Positions 1-7,117 of a DNA stretch of 24,155 bases are shown here, in pieces; the stretch's first letter is position 1, and the number at the start of each line of letters is the position of its first letter. Location of the stretch: IMG/VR virus record IMGVR_UViG_3300021960_000494, positions 1 to 24,155 of that record, one strand, 5' to 3'. This DNA is from a virus. Lineage: Duplodnaviria > Caudoviricetes. A program made the translations under genes and the position numbers. The notes under the pieces were generated by a model. It ran no database searches and was not told the DNA's origin. It was given only the letters and a program-made list of their open reading frames with translations.

Positions 1-314
1 GTGAGTATGCAAAAGGGTCTGTAGGTGGCACAAGACAAAACATTAACACTAGAAAAAGCATTGACGGCAATACGCTAGTCTCAATGAGCAAGGAAAATGG
101 GCAACCATTAATAAATACTAAGGATATGTACAATACTTTAAAGGCAACTAAAAATACTCTAAACATTAATGAGTATGGATGGGGTCATAATGAAGGTTTG
201 TACAGAGTTAAAAAAGGTACAGAATTAAGAAATTTTATTGGAGCTTCTAAAGAAATTGAAGCATTGATTGATAAACAGTTTGATTTAGAAATAGATAAAG
301 CTCTTTCAAAATAA
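1..314 (+). CDS. 5'-truncated gene, possibly phage virion morphogenesis/tail-completion (Mu gpG-like) protein
   Basis: The frame of ORF 84..314 is open back to the window edge (EYAKGSVGGTRQNINTRKSIDGNTLVSM...). The PLINTKDMYNTL...EYGWGHNEG segment resembles the LxDTGxL...YAxxHxxG pattern of that family. Confidence 0.45.
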   Translation, partial: EYAKGSVGGTRQNINTRKSIDGNTLVSMSKENGQPLINTKDMYNTLKATKNTLNINEYGWGHNEGLYRVKKGTELRNFIGASKEIEALIDKQFDLEIDKALSK

Positions 315-351
315 CCATTTCTTGCATACCAAACAAAATTAGAGGTATTTT

Positions 352-822
352 ATGGCAACTATAGATAAGGAAACTTTAGATGACAAAGACAGAGGATTAT
401 TGCTTCTCGTTGCTCTTGGAATATCTTATGACACTCGAATCTTTGGTGAAAGACTTAGACAGGAGATTAACAGACTTGTCAGAAGTGGAGTTAGCCAACA
501 ATCAATTGCTAGCATTATTAACTCAGACTTCCAGTCAAATGGAAGAATCTTCGGAGAACTTAAAAATGCAATCAAGCGAGGAGTCGTGGGAGGAATTAAT
601 CAAGCTTTCCGCAGAAGTGGAAGGATGGGAAAAGAATTAAAATGGATAGCAGTATCTAAAAACATATGCCCAGACTGCAAAAGCAGGGCTGGTCAAGTAG
701 ATAGTTGGGAAGGTTGGGAAGTGAAAGGTATGCCTGGTTCTGGATGGAGCGTGTGTAAGGAATACTGCTACTGTCAACTACTTCCTGCAAGTTTAAACAT
801 AGAAGAAATTATAAAAATATGA
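352..822 (+). CDS. Minimal MuF/SPP1 gp7-like head morphogenesis (minor capsid) protein
   Basis: C-terminal WIAVSKNICPDCKSRAGQV...PGSGWSVCKEYCYCQLLP fits the W..CxxC..G....P..CxC pattern of MuF C-termini. GAGG RBS upstream. Confidence 0.55.
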   Translation: MATIDKETLDDKDRGLLLLVALGISYDTRIFGERLRQEINRLVRSGVSQQSIASIINSDFQSNGRIFGELKNAIKRGVVGGINQAFRRSGRMGKELKWIAVSKNICPDCKSRAGQVDSWEGWEVKGMPGSGWSVCKEYCYCQLLPASLNIEEIIKI

Positions 823-977
823 GTAGATACCAAATAGCTATGTGGTTTTGTAAAGATTGTGCATGGCTTTGGAAAACACTTAGTGCTGATCGTGAAACTG
901 AAGATCAGTGTCCTAGCTGCAATTCTTACAGATCTCAGCGAATTATAAAGCCAAAAGACACTAAAACTCTAGTATAA
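819..977 (+). CDS. Small zinc-ribbon protein (52 aa), absent from the ORF track
   Basis: MSRYQIAMWFCKDCAWLWKTLSADRETEDQCPSCNSYRSQRIIKPKDTKTLV has two CxxC pairs and an ATGA overlap with the upstream stop. Confidence 0.75.
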   Translation: MSRYQIAMWFCKDCAWLWKTLSADRETEDQCPSCNSYRSQRIIKPKDTKTLV

Positions 978-1056
978 CAAGTTAAAGTTTTGTATATTCT
1001 AGTATGTTGTTGCTCAAGGAGAGGACAACTTAATTAACTAGCATATAGGAGTTATT

Positions 1057-1515
1057 ATGAGAATAGCAAAAGTACCCCTTCATTTCAATCGAGATGAATT
1101 TTTAACACCCTTTGATAGAATGTTTGATGACATTCTTAGCACACAATTTCCAGAATTTGCACTTCAAAGTGGAATATCCTTTGAAAAAGGCTCTTTTCCA
1201 AGAGTAGATGTAGCAGATTACGATGATTCAGTAGTAATTATTGCTGAAATACCATCATTAAAGAAAGATGCCTTAAAAATAGAGGTAGATAAAGGTATTT
1301 TAAGTATTAGTGGAGATAAACATCAATTAGATGAAGATAATGTTCGTTATATACGTAAAGAGTTAAAACATTCATCGTTTAGACGATCTTTTAAGTTAGG
1401 AGAGGTTTTAGATGCCGATAATATAGTAGCAACTTTTGAAGATGGTGTTTTAAGAGTTGAAATACCTAAGAGTGAGCCAAGTGCTAATAGTAAACGGGTA
1501 GTAGACATAGTATAA
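1057..1515 (+). CDS. hsp20: Small heat-shock protein Hsp20/alpha-crystallin family
   Basis: PRVDVADYDDSVVIIAEIPSLKKDALKIEVDKGILSISG...F.RSFKL...IVATFEDGVLRVEIPK is the canonical alpha-crystallin pattern. AGGAG RBS at 1047-1051. Confidence 0.95.
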   Translation: MRIAKVPLHFNRDEFLTPFDRMFDDILSTQFPEFALQSGISFEKGSFPRVDVADYDDSVVIIAEIPSLKKDALKIEVDKGILSISGDKHQLDEDNVRYIRKELKHSSFRRSFKLGEVLDADNIVATFEDGVLRVEIPKSEPSANSKRVVDIV

Positions 1516-1677
1516 TGTGTATATATATATACTTATATATAGTAACCCGATTATGGGTATAGCTTAAAAATGGAGTTGTTGATATTGTTGAAGTTACAGG
1601 CACTAGATATGATTACCTATATCAAAATACAGTATGAGGGGTATAAATACCCTATATCTAAAAACGGGTATAGGTTA
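1485..1677 (-). other. Origin-like array: four degenerate TACCC-N6-GGGTA sites plus a TA-rich tract
   Basis: Sites at 1655-1670, 1620-1635, 1544-1559 and 1485-1500, with a (TA)n tract at about 1520-1541. Matches the array inside rep (9232-9425). Confidence 0.55.
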
Positions 1678-2280
1678 AAGGATTTGTTTTTCTTTTTCTA
1701 TAACAAGATTTTGCCAGGCTTCTTTCTGAGCGGGGGTCTTTCTTCCTTTTGGCAAAAGAGCAATCCCAACAACTCTAGCCCTATCTCTCCACTGTTTGGC
1801 CGTTTTTCTTTTTTTATTTTTTATTTCTTCGGCATTAAAAGTCTTAACTTTTACAGCTTCAATAGCTGAAGGCGGTTTTTTAGTGATAGGTTCTATTATT
1901 TCATCCTCTTCAACTACGGCAGCTTCTGTGATTTCAGCATTTAAAAACTTTTCAAAGGGGCTTTGGTGGTTAGCTACTTCAACTCTTTTTATTAGTTTAC
2001 CAGAATGCTCTAATACAAGTCTACCAGCTTGTACATTACCAGCTTCTGCTTCTCTGATCATTGAACTAAGCACTGCGGGCAGTTTAGAACCAAATGATAT
2101 CATATATCTTTGATAAAAAACTTCTACAAATTCTGGGTCTTTTAACCACTTGTGTATTGTTACTGATGAGACTCCCGATTCATCTGCAACATCTTTTATT
2201 CTTGCACTTGGTTGAGACACTAAAAGCTCTACAGCTCTTACTTTAGATGTCTTCCAATGGGTAGGTAAATTTATGCTCAT
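1675..2280 (-). CDS. HTH DNA-binding protein, probable terminase small subunit (phBC6A51-like)
   Basis: N-terminal HTH (ARIKDVADESGVSSVTIHKWLKDPEF) followed by a helical AEAGNVQAGRLVLEHSG segment typical of TerS-like proteins. GGAG RBS. Confidence 0.55.
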   Translation of the reverse strand: MSINLPTHWKTSKVRAVELLVSQPSARIKDVADESGVSSVTIHKWLKDPEFVEVFYQRYMISFGSKLPAVLSSMIREAEAGNVQAGRLVLEHSGKLIKRVEVANHQSPFEKFLNAEITEAAVVEEDEIIEPITKKPPSAIEAVKVKTFNAEEIKNKKRKTAKQWRDRARVVGIALLPKGRKTPAQKEAWQNLVIEKEKQIL

Positions 2281-2302
2281 TATCTCTCCGACTTTCTAGT
2301 TA

Positions 2303-2332
2303 ATATTACAGACTTTAAGTATACTAAGACAA
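2303..2332 (-). promoter_or_regulatory. Sigma70-like promoter for the TerS-like gene
   Basis: TTGTCT-18 nt-TAATAT on the minus strand, about 23 nt upstream of the ATG at 2280. Confidence 0.5.
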
Positions 2333-2347
2333 GAAACAAAGTTTCTT

Positions 2348-2407
2348 ATTTCTGCCGACCTAAATCCACTAATGGCAGAAATCCTACTATACAAGCATAA
2401 GTATAGT
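2348..2407. repeat. Two adjacent inverted repeats
   Basis: ATTTCTGCC (2348-2356)/GGCAGAAAT (2374-2382) and ACTATAC (2386-2392)/GTATAGT (2401-2407). Confidence 0.7.
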
Positions 2408-2733
2408 GGTGGGACATTCTTTTGGGCATTTCACGAGGAGAGGGGTAACTCGCTCTGCTATAAAACAATATACGGGTACGGGGGGTCAATTGCAAGGCCT
2501 AAATAAATAAATATGTTTTAGTTGACTTTCTCACATATTATATGTATGAGGCTTGGCATTATACAAATAAAGTAATTAAAGTGCTTGCATATTAAAATAA
2601 ATCGACTGATCGTACCAAATCCAGGGGATAATCATAAAGCCATATAGATAGCCGCCTTACTATGAGATACGGCCATTTAGGGCTAAATATGGAGGTTTAC
2701 TCTCTATAGAATTAAATTAGTTTTAATTGGTTG

Positions 2734-2762
2734 TTGACATTGTCATTCATAGTGTTTAAAAT
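2734..2762 (+). promoter_or_regulatory. Strong sigma70-type early promoter
   Basis: TTGACA-17 nt-TAAAAT with AT-rich upstream sequence, 32 nt before the ATG at 2795. Confidence 0.8.
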
Positions 2763-2794
2763 CAATTGTTAATTAAATAAAAAAGGGGTTAAAC

Positions 2795-2905
2795 ATGAGT
2801 GATAATATATTAATATTTAGTATTTTTCTTGGGTTGTTAGGGTTACTATTACCCTTAATTCATGCGGTTGTTTTTGAATTAATCAAACTATTTAAAAGGG
2901 GTTAA
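2795..2905 (+). CDS. Small hydrophobic membrane peptide (36 aa), absent from the ORF track
   Basis: MSDNILIFSIFLGLLGLLLPLIHAVVFELIKLFKRG. Its RBS/start context AAAAGGGGTTAAACATGA is identical to that of the next gene. Confidence 0.7.
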   Translation: MSDNILIFSIFLGLLGLLLPLIHAVVFELIKLFKRG

Positions 2906-2907
2906 AC

Positions 2908-3120
2908 ATGACACACACAAATAATAAAATGTTAAAGAAAAATAAAGCTTTTAATCATATTCTAGAAACCATAGAAGACCTAGAAACAATCGAAGACTTG
3001 ATACTATCTGAAGTTTTCAATACGGGAGATGATGAAAGAATGACACAATTTAGAGAATCATTAAATCATGCTAGAAATTTAATATGGTTTAAATACATAA
3101 ATAAAAAGGGAGAAAAATAG
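2908..3120 (+). CDS. Hypothetical protein (70 aa)
   Basis: ORF with AGGGG RBS, tightly packed in the operon. Confidence 0.75.
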   Translation: MTHTNNKMLKKNKAFNHILETIEDLETIEDLILSEVFNTGDDERMTQFRESLNHARNLIWFKYINKKGEK

Positions 3121-3121
3121 A

Positions 3122-3394
3122 ATGGATTTTATACACAATCACGCTATTGAAATTTGTATCGTATTTATGATAATAGGGTTACTAGGTGCAATGGGTTGTA
3201 TTGGTGGCCTAATTATGCTAGATATACAAGGCTATCGAAAGCGTAAAAAGGAGGAGTTGCAAAAAAAAGCTAAGATGGTTTTATGGCTTGCATCCAATAC
3301 TAATGAATTTGAATACTATGAAGCTTGCGAAAGTTTTGGTTTGTGTCCTAAAACTAGTGTGACGGAATTAATTTTGGGGGTTCATTGTGACTAA
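3122..3394 (+). CDS. Hypothetical membrane-anchored protein (90 aa)
   Basis: N-terminal hydrophobic helix ICIVFMIIGLLGAMGCIGGLIML followed by a basic RKRKKE stretch. GGGAG RBS. Confidence 0.7.
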   Translation: MDFIHNHAIEICIVFMIIGLLGAMGCIGGLIMLDIQGYRKRKKEELQKKAKMVLWLASNTNEFEYYEACESFGLCPKTSVTELILGVHCD

Positions 3395-4040
3395 ATCAGA
3401 AGCAAAATTAATTTTAGGTAGTGGACTTTCATGTACTTCAAAAATGCCTTGTTACAGTTTTAATTTGTCCGCATTGGATTGCAAGACGGGGTCAAAATTA
3501 GTAGGTTTAAAAGGGTCTGTCTGTGAAGGTTGCTACGCTTTAAGCGGTAATTATCAACGCTATAAATTACCTTTTAAGATGCAACCTAAAACGGAAAAAA
3601 TAAACAATCTTAAATGGGTTGATGCAATGACAAAATTAATTTTAAATCAAGGGAGTAAAAAAGACTCTAATTATTTTCGTTGGCATGATAGCGGAGACAT
3701 TCAAAGTGTAGAACATTTGAGAAAAATTGTTTTAGTTTGTTTAAAAACTCCAAAGGTCAAACATTGGATACCAACAAGAGAGTACAGAATAGTAAAAGAA
3801 TATCTAAATAAATACGGGCAATTCCCTTCGAATTTAGTTCTTAGGCTTTCAGCACATATGATTGACAAAAACGCACCAATGCTAAAATATAAGGGTCAAT
3901 TTTTGCCAACGTCGACAGTACATAAAAATAAGCCCGCTTTTGGTACAGAATGCGAAAGTTACAAGAATGACAATGAATGTAAGGAATGTCGCTTGTGTTG
4001 GAATCCTAAAATAAATAACATATCTTACAAATATCATTAA
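3387..4040 (+). CDS. GP88-family (mycobacteriophage gene product 88-like) Cys-rich, putative Fe-S/radical-SAM-like protein
   Basis: Motifs SKMP.YSFNL, C..GCYA, FRWHDSGD, HWIPTRE, P.NL.LRLS and C-terminal C-x7-C-x2-C-x2-CW...YH. Confidence 0.8.
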   Translation: MTKSEAKLILGSGLSCTSKMPCYSFNLSALDCKTGSKLVGLKGSVCEGCYALSGNYQRYKLPFKMQPKTEKINNLKWVDAMTKLILNQGSKKDSNYFRWHDSGDIQSVEHLRKIVLVCLKTPKVKHWIPTREYRIVKEYLNKYGQFPSNLVLRLSAHMIDKNAPMLKYKGQFLPTSTVHKNKPAFGTECESYKNDNECKECRLCWNPKINNISYKYH

Positions 4041-4058
4041 ATAACCCCTACCACAACG

Positions 4059-4085
4059 AAAGCCCCCTTTTTAGGGGGTTTTTTT
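4059..4085 (+). terminator. Rho-independent terminator
   Basis: GCCCCCT-TTTT-AGGGGGT stem-loop followed by a T run, about 20 nt after the GP88-like stop codon. Confidence 0.9.
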
Positions 4086-4089
4086 GTAT

Positions 4090-4189
4090 CTAGACCCGTT
4101 AAAATCGTCCCATATTCAAGATCTGTGGGGCTTTTATGGGTCTAGGCATACCTATGGCAGCCCGCTTGGATTTAAGCCGAATTTGAGCG
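4090..4189 (+). other. Two long imperfect hairpins (candidate ncRNA or ssDNA structure)
   Basis: CTAGACCCGT/ATGGGTCTAG encloses GTCCCATA/TGTGGGGC, and CGCTTGGATT pairs with AATTTGAGCG. The non-Watson-Crick pairs in these stems are G-U/G-T on the + strand. Confidence 0.5.
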
Positions 4190-4295
4190 AATTTAAGCCT
4201 TCTGTGATGATTGATTGACGACAGAATATACAAATGAGATTGCGTCTCAATAACAACAAATAACTAGGAATGATTACTACTTAGGAAATTTCTAG

Positions 4296-4339
4296 ATTTA
4301 TAATTTATATTTATAATTTATAATTTATATTTATAATTT
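4296..4339. repeat. Pure-AT tandem repeat
   Basis: ATTTATAATTTATATTTATA x2 plus ATTT (44 bp), built from ATTTAT(A) subunits. Confidence 0.9.
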
Positions 4340-4662
4340 GCTTGACTTCTAGTAAAACACTCCAATTTTATTTTGGACTGATCTTAAAATAATTCTTGAC
4401 TTTTAGAAAAAACATCGAACCACTTTTTGGTTGGACAAAATCCAGGGAAGTCAAGAACTTTTTTGTAAAATGTAAAAGTTTTTTTCATACTGCGTTTAAT
4501 ATGCCTATTTTAGCGTTTAGAGACATTTTTTAAGTACTCGACATCTAATATTAAAAAAGTTTTTTACGGCCAATGTGGTATGATCTTGGAGCTTGCCCCT
4601 CGGAGAAATTGAGCGGTAAATATAGTTATTGCTAGATTTATGAAAATAATTCAAAATATTAC

Positions 4663-4700
4663 TTGACTTTGATTGTTGATATAAATTAATCTTTATCAAC
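4663..4700 (+). promoter_or_regulatory. Sigma70-like promoter with overlapping inverted repeat (possible operator)
   Basis: TTGACT-18 nt-TAATCT. GTTGATA (4675-4681) and TATCAAC (4694-4700) bracket the -10 element. Confidence 0.6.
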
Positions 4701-4718
4701 TTAAAAAAAGGAAATACA

Positions 4719-5114
4719 ATGAAAACAATAAATGAGTTTAACAGAAATAATCTTGATATAATGAGAGCTTCTATAAATAGTAAATTAGCTGAATTAGAAT
4801 CTGATTTTAATATTAAGATTAAATTAGGTCGTATTAGTTATAGTGACAGTAATTTTACTTCTAAAGTGGAATGCAATCTTGTCAAAGATGGTCAAGTTAT
4901 TGAGACTATTGCTACTGATTTTGATAGGTATAAAGATGCTTGGGGATTGCAATTTTCTCTAGGGTATACTTTTTTATCTAATGATACCCGTTATAAAGTT
5001 GTTGGTTTAAAACCTAGGAATAGAAAATATCCCATTATCGCTGAAACATCTAGAGGCACAAGGTATAAATTCTCTGAAAATAAAATCAATGATATTTATG
5101 AGAGTAGTTTATAA
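4719..5114 (+). CDS. Hypothetical phage protein (131 aa)
   Basis: AAGGA RBS, first gene after the promoter, TAATG coupling to the next gene. Confidence 0.8.
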   Translation: MKTINEFNRNNLDIMRASINSKLAELESDFNIKIKLGRISYSDSNFTSKVECNLVKDGQVIETIATDFDRYKDAWGLQFSLGYTFLSNDTRYKVVGLKPRNRKYPIIAETSRGTRYKFSENKINDIYESSL

Positions 5115-5737
5115 TGAAGGTTCTTGATTTATTTGCGGGTTCAAGGTCATTTAGCAATATTGCTGATGGCCTTGGCCACGAGACATTTGCCGTTGATATT
5201 AATCCATTTGACGGCATCGATTATGTTACTGATATAATGGATTTTAACCCTAAAAAAGTACCCTTTAAACCCGATTTAATTTGGGCTTCTCCACCTTGTA
5301 CCACATTTAGCGTTGCTTCAATTGGTCATCATTGGGGTGGTGGTAAGCGTGGGTATATTCCTAAAACTGCTAATGCTTATAGAGGTATGGCATTTGTTAA
5401 GAAAACTCTAGAGATTATTGATTTTTATAAACCAAAGTATTGGTACATGGAAAATCCTAGAGGTGTACTTAGGAAATTAGATGTAGTCAAAGACTTACCT
5501 AAAAATACTATTTGGTTTTGTACTTATGGAGACGACAGAGCTAAGCCTACAGACATATGGAATAACGATTTAAATTGGATACCTAGACCCGTATGTAAGA
5601 ATGGTAATAAGGACTGTCATCATGCACCCGCTCCTAGAGGCTCAAGAACGGGTACACAAGGCCGTAAAAACAACTATGAGCGTAGTAAGTTGCCTAATGA
5701 ATTATGTCTTGAAATACTAGCAAATAAGGAGGTTTAA
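5114..5737 (+). CDS. Short DNA cytosine-C5 methyltransferase-like protein 1
   Basis: Motif I VLDLFAGS, motif IV WASPPC, motif VI MENPRG, followed by YG...KPTDIW. Only 207 aa. Confidence 0.85.
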   Translation: MKVLDLFAGSRSFSNIADGLGHETFAVDINPFDGIDYVTDIMDFNPKKVPFKPDLIWASPPCTTFSVASIGHHWGGGKRGYIPKTANAYRGMAFVKKTLEIIDFYKPKYWYMENPRGVLRKLDVVKDLPKNTIWFCTYGDDRAKPTDIWNNDLNWIPRPVCKNGNKDCHHAPAPRGSRTGTQGRKNNYERSKLPNELCLEILANKEV

Positions 5738-5956
5738 TTGAAATCATATAACAGAAAATATCCTAAGAAACAAAAATGGGTTGCTATTTATATTACTGAT
5801 TCATGTGACCCTATTGTTTATGGAATTTTTAAATCTGAAAAGTCTGCGAATGAATATGTAAAATATATGTACGAAAATGAATGGACAGAATATGAGCATA
5901 ATAACGATGCATATTTACAAGTAGAAGAAATTAGGGAGTTGACAATTGTTAAATAA
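5738..5956 (+). CDS. Hypothetical protein (72 aa)
   Basis: TTG start with a strong AGGAGG RBS. Confidence 0.7.
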   Translation: MKSYNRKYPKKQKWVAIYITDSCDPIVYGIFKSEKSANEYVKYMYENEWTEYEHNNDAYLQVEEIRELTIVK

Positions 5957-6104
5957 AAGTAAAGTACTAGCTGAATTACAACAGATGCAAATTGGTTTAG
6001 CTCATTCAGAGCGAAGGGATATTTATAATTTTCTTTATAGATTTCTTGATGGATGGGATGAAGAGTCAATTAAAATCTTATTAAATCAATACAAAAGGAG
6101 ATAA
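5946..6104 (+). CDS. Hypothetical protein (52 aa), absent from the ORF track
   Basis: TTG start after GGGAG. MLNKSKVLAELQQMQIGLAHSERRDIYNFLYRFLDGWDEESIKILLNQYKRR fills the gap exactly. Confidence 0.65.
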   Translation: MLNKSKVLAELQQMQIGLAHSERRDIYNFLYRFLDGWDEESIKILLNQYKRR

Positions 6105-6105
6105 A

Positions 6106-6744
6106 ATGAAAATACTAATAGCTTGTGAAGAGAGTCAATCAGTTACAAAAGCATTTAGAAAATTGGGTCACGAGGCATTTTCTTGTGACCTACTAGATGC
6201 TAGTGGTGGTCATCCCGAATGGCATATTAAAGGAGATGCTTTAAAGGAGGCTTATAGCGGTAAATATGACATGATGATTGCCCACCCACCATGCACTTAT
6301 CTAGCAGTAAGTGGTGCTAGGTGGATGTATAATAAAGACGGCTCAGTTAATCAAGAGAGGTTGCAAAATCAAAAAGATGCATTGCAGTTTGTTTATAGCT
6401 TAATGGATGCACCTATGGATAAGATTGCTATTGAAAATCCCGTAAGTGTAATTAGCTCTCAAATCAGAAAACCCGAACAAATAATTCAGCCTTGGCAGTT
6501 TGGTGATGAAGCTCAAAAGACTACTTGTTTGTGGTTGCATAACTTACCACAATTGAAGCCAACTAAAATTGTTGGTAAGGGCGAGTTTATTGAATGGACA
6601 GATAAGAATGGTAGGAAGAAAAAACAAGCCAAGTGGTATCTTGAAGCTCTTTCAAAAGCAAAAACCAATGCAGAACGTAGGACTCTAAGAAGCAAGACTT
6701 TCCAAGGGATAGCAGATGCAATGGCACAACAATGGGGTTTATAA
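6106..6744 (+). CDS. Short DNA cytosine-C5 methyltransferase-like protein 2 (LIACEES type)
   Basis: MKILIACEESQ, SCD, motif IV AHPPCTYL, motif VI IENPV, QPWQFG...KTTCLWL, C-terminal RSKTFQGIADAMAQQWG. Confidence 0.85.
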   Translation: MKILIACEESQSVTKAFRKLGHEAFSCDLLDASGGHPEWHIKGDALKEAYSGKYDMMIAHPPCTYLAVSGARWMYNKDGSVNQERLQNQKDALQFVYSLMDAPMDKIAIENPVSVISSQIRKPEQIIQPWQFGDEAQKTTCLWLHNLPQLKPTKIVGKGEFIEWTDKNGRKKKQAKWYLEALSKAKTNAERRTLRSKTFQGIADAMAQQWGL

Positions 6745-6962
6745 TGAGAATGAACAGAGAAGATCTGAAAAATCCGTTAACAAAAGTTAAAAAAGGTTGT
6801 GCTAATCATAATACGGGTCACAAATGTTCGGGCATAATGATTAATCGACAATTGCAGCAATGGATAAATTCGGAAATGTGCGAGAAGATTTGCCTTATAA
6901 AAGAGGGTAAATCATGTGATTATTTTACTAACATAGTTGAACCATCAATAAAGGAGTTATAA
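6744..6962 (+). CDS. Cys-rich small protein (Cys_rich_VLP-like)
   Basis: CANH....KC...C...C...CDYF..IVEP. Start moved to the TAATG-coupled ATG at 6744. Confidence 0.55.
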   Translation: MRMNREDLKNPLTKVKKGCANHNTGHKCSGIMINRQLQQWINSEMCEKICLIKEGKSCDYFTNIVEPSIKEL

Positions 6963-7117
6963 TGGAGGACTTGGATTATATTAGAAAGCAACCATTTGAT
7001 ATATATGAAAAACTTAAAAAATATCACAAAGCACTTAGTGAGATAGCTAATTGCTCAGAGCAAGGGAATCCAATTTATTTAAAAAAAATAGCAAGAGAGG
7101 TATTAGAAGATGGCTAA
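6962..7117 (+). CDS. Hypothetical protein (51 aa), absent from the ORF track
   Basis: AAGGAG RBS and TAATG coupling. MEDLDYIRKQPFDIYEKLKKYHKALSEIANCSEQGNPIYLKKIAREVLEDG. Confidence 0.7.
   Translation: MEDLDYIRKQPFDIYEKLKKYHKALSEIANCSEQGNPIYLKKIAREVLEDG

Noticed and set aside
380-640. 86-aa ORF
   Set aside because: Alternate frame wholly inside the MuF-like gene, with no recognisable motif.
1570-2113. ORFs 1570..1869 and 1796..2113 (+)
   Set aside because: Antisense shadows of the TerS-like gene and the origin-like array, with Phe/Ser-rich shadow composition.
4296-4460. Possible mini-CRISPR array from the repeated CTTGACTT and AT units
   Set aside because: Repeats are short, degenerate, irregularly spaced and partly inverted, and there are no cas genes.
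4517-4699. 60-aa minus-strand ORF
   Set aside because: Overlaps the promoter region, has no RBS and runs opposite to all neighbours.
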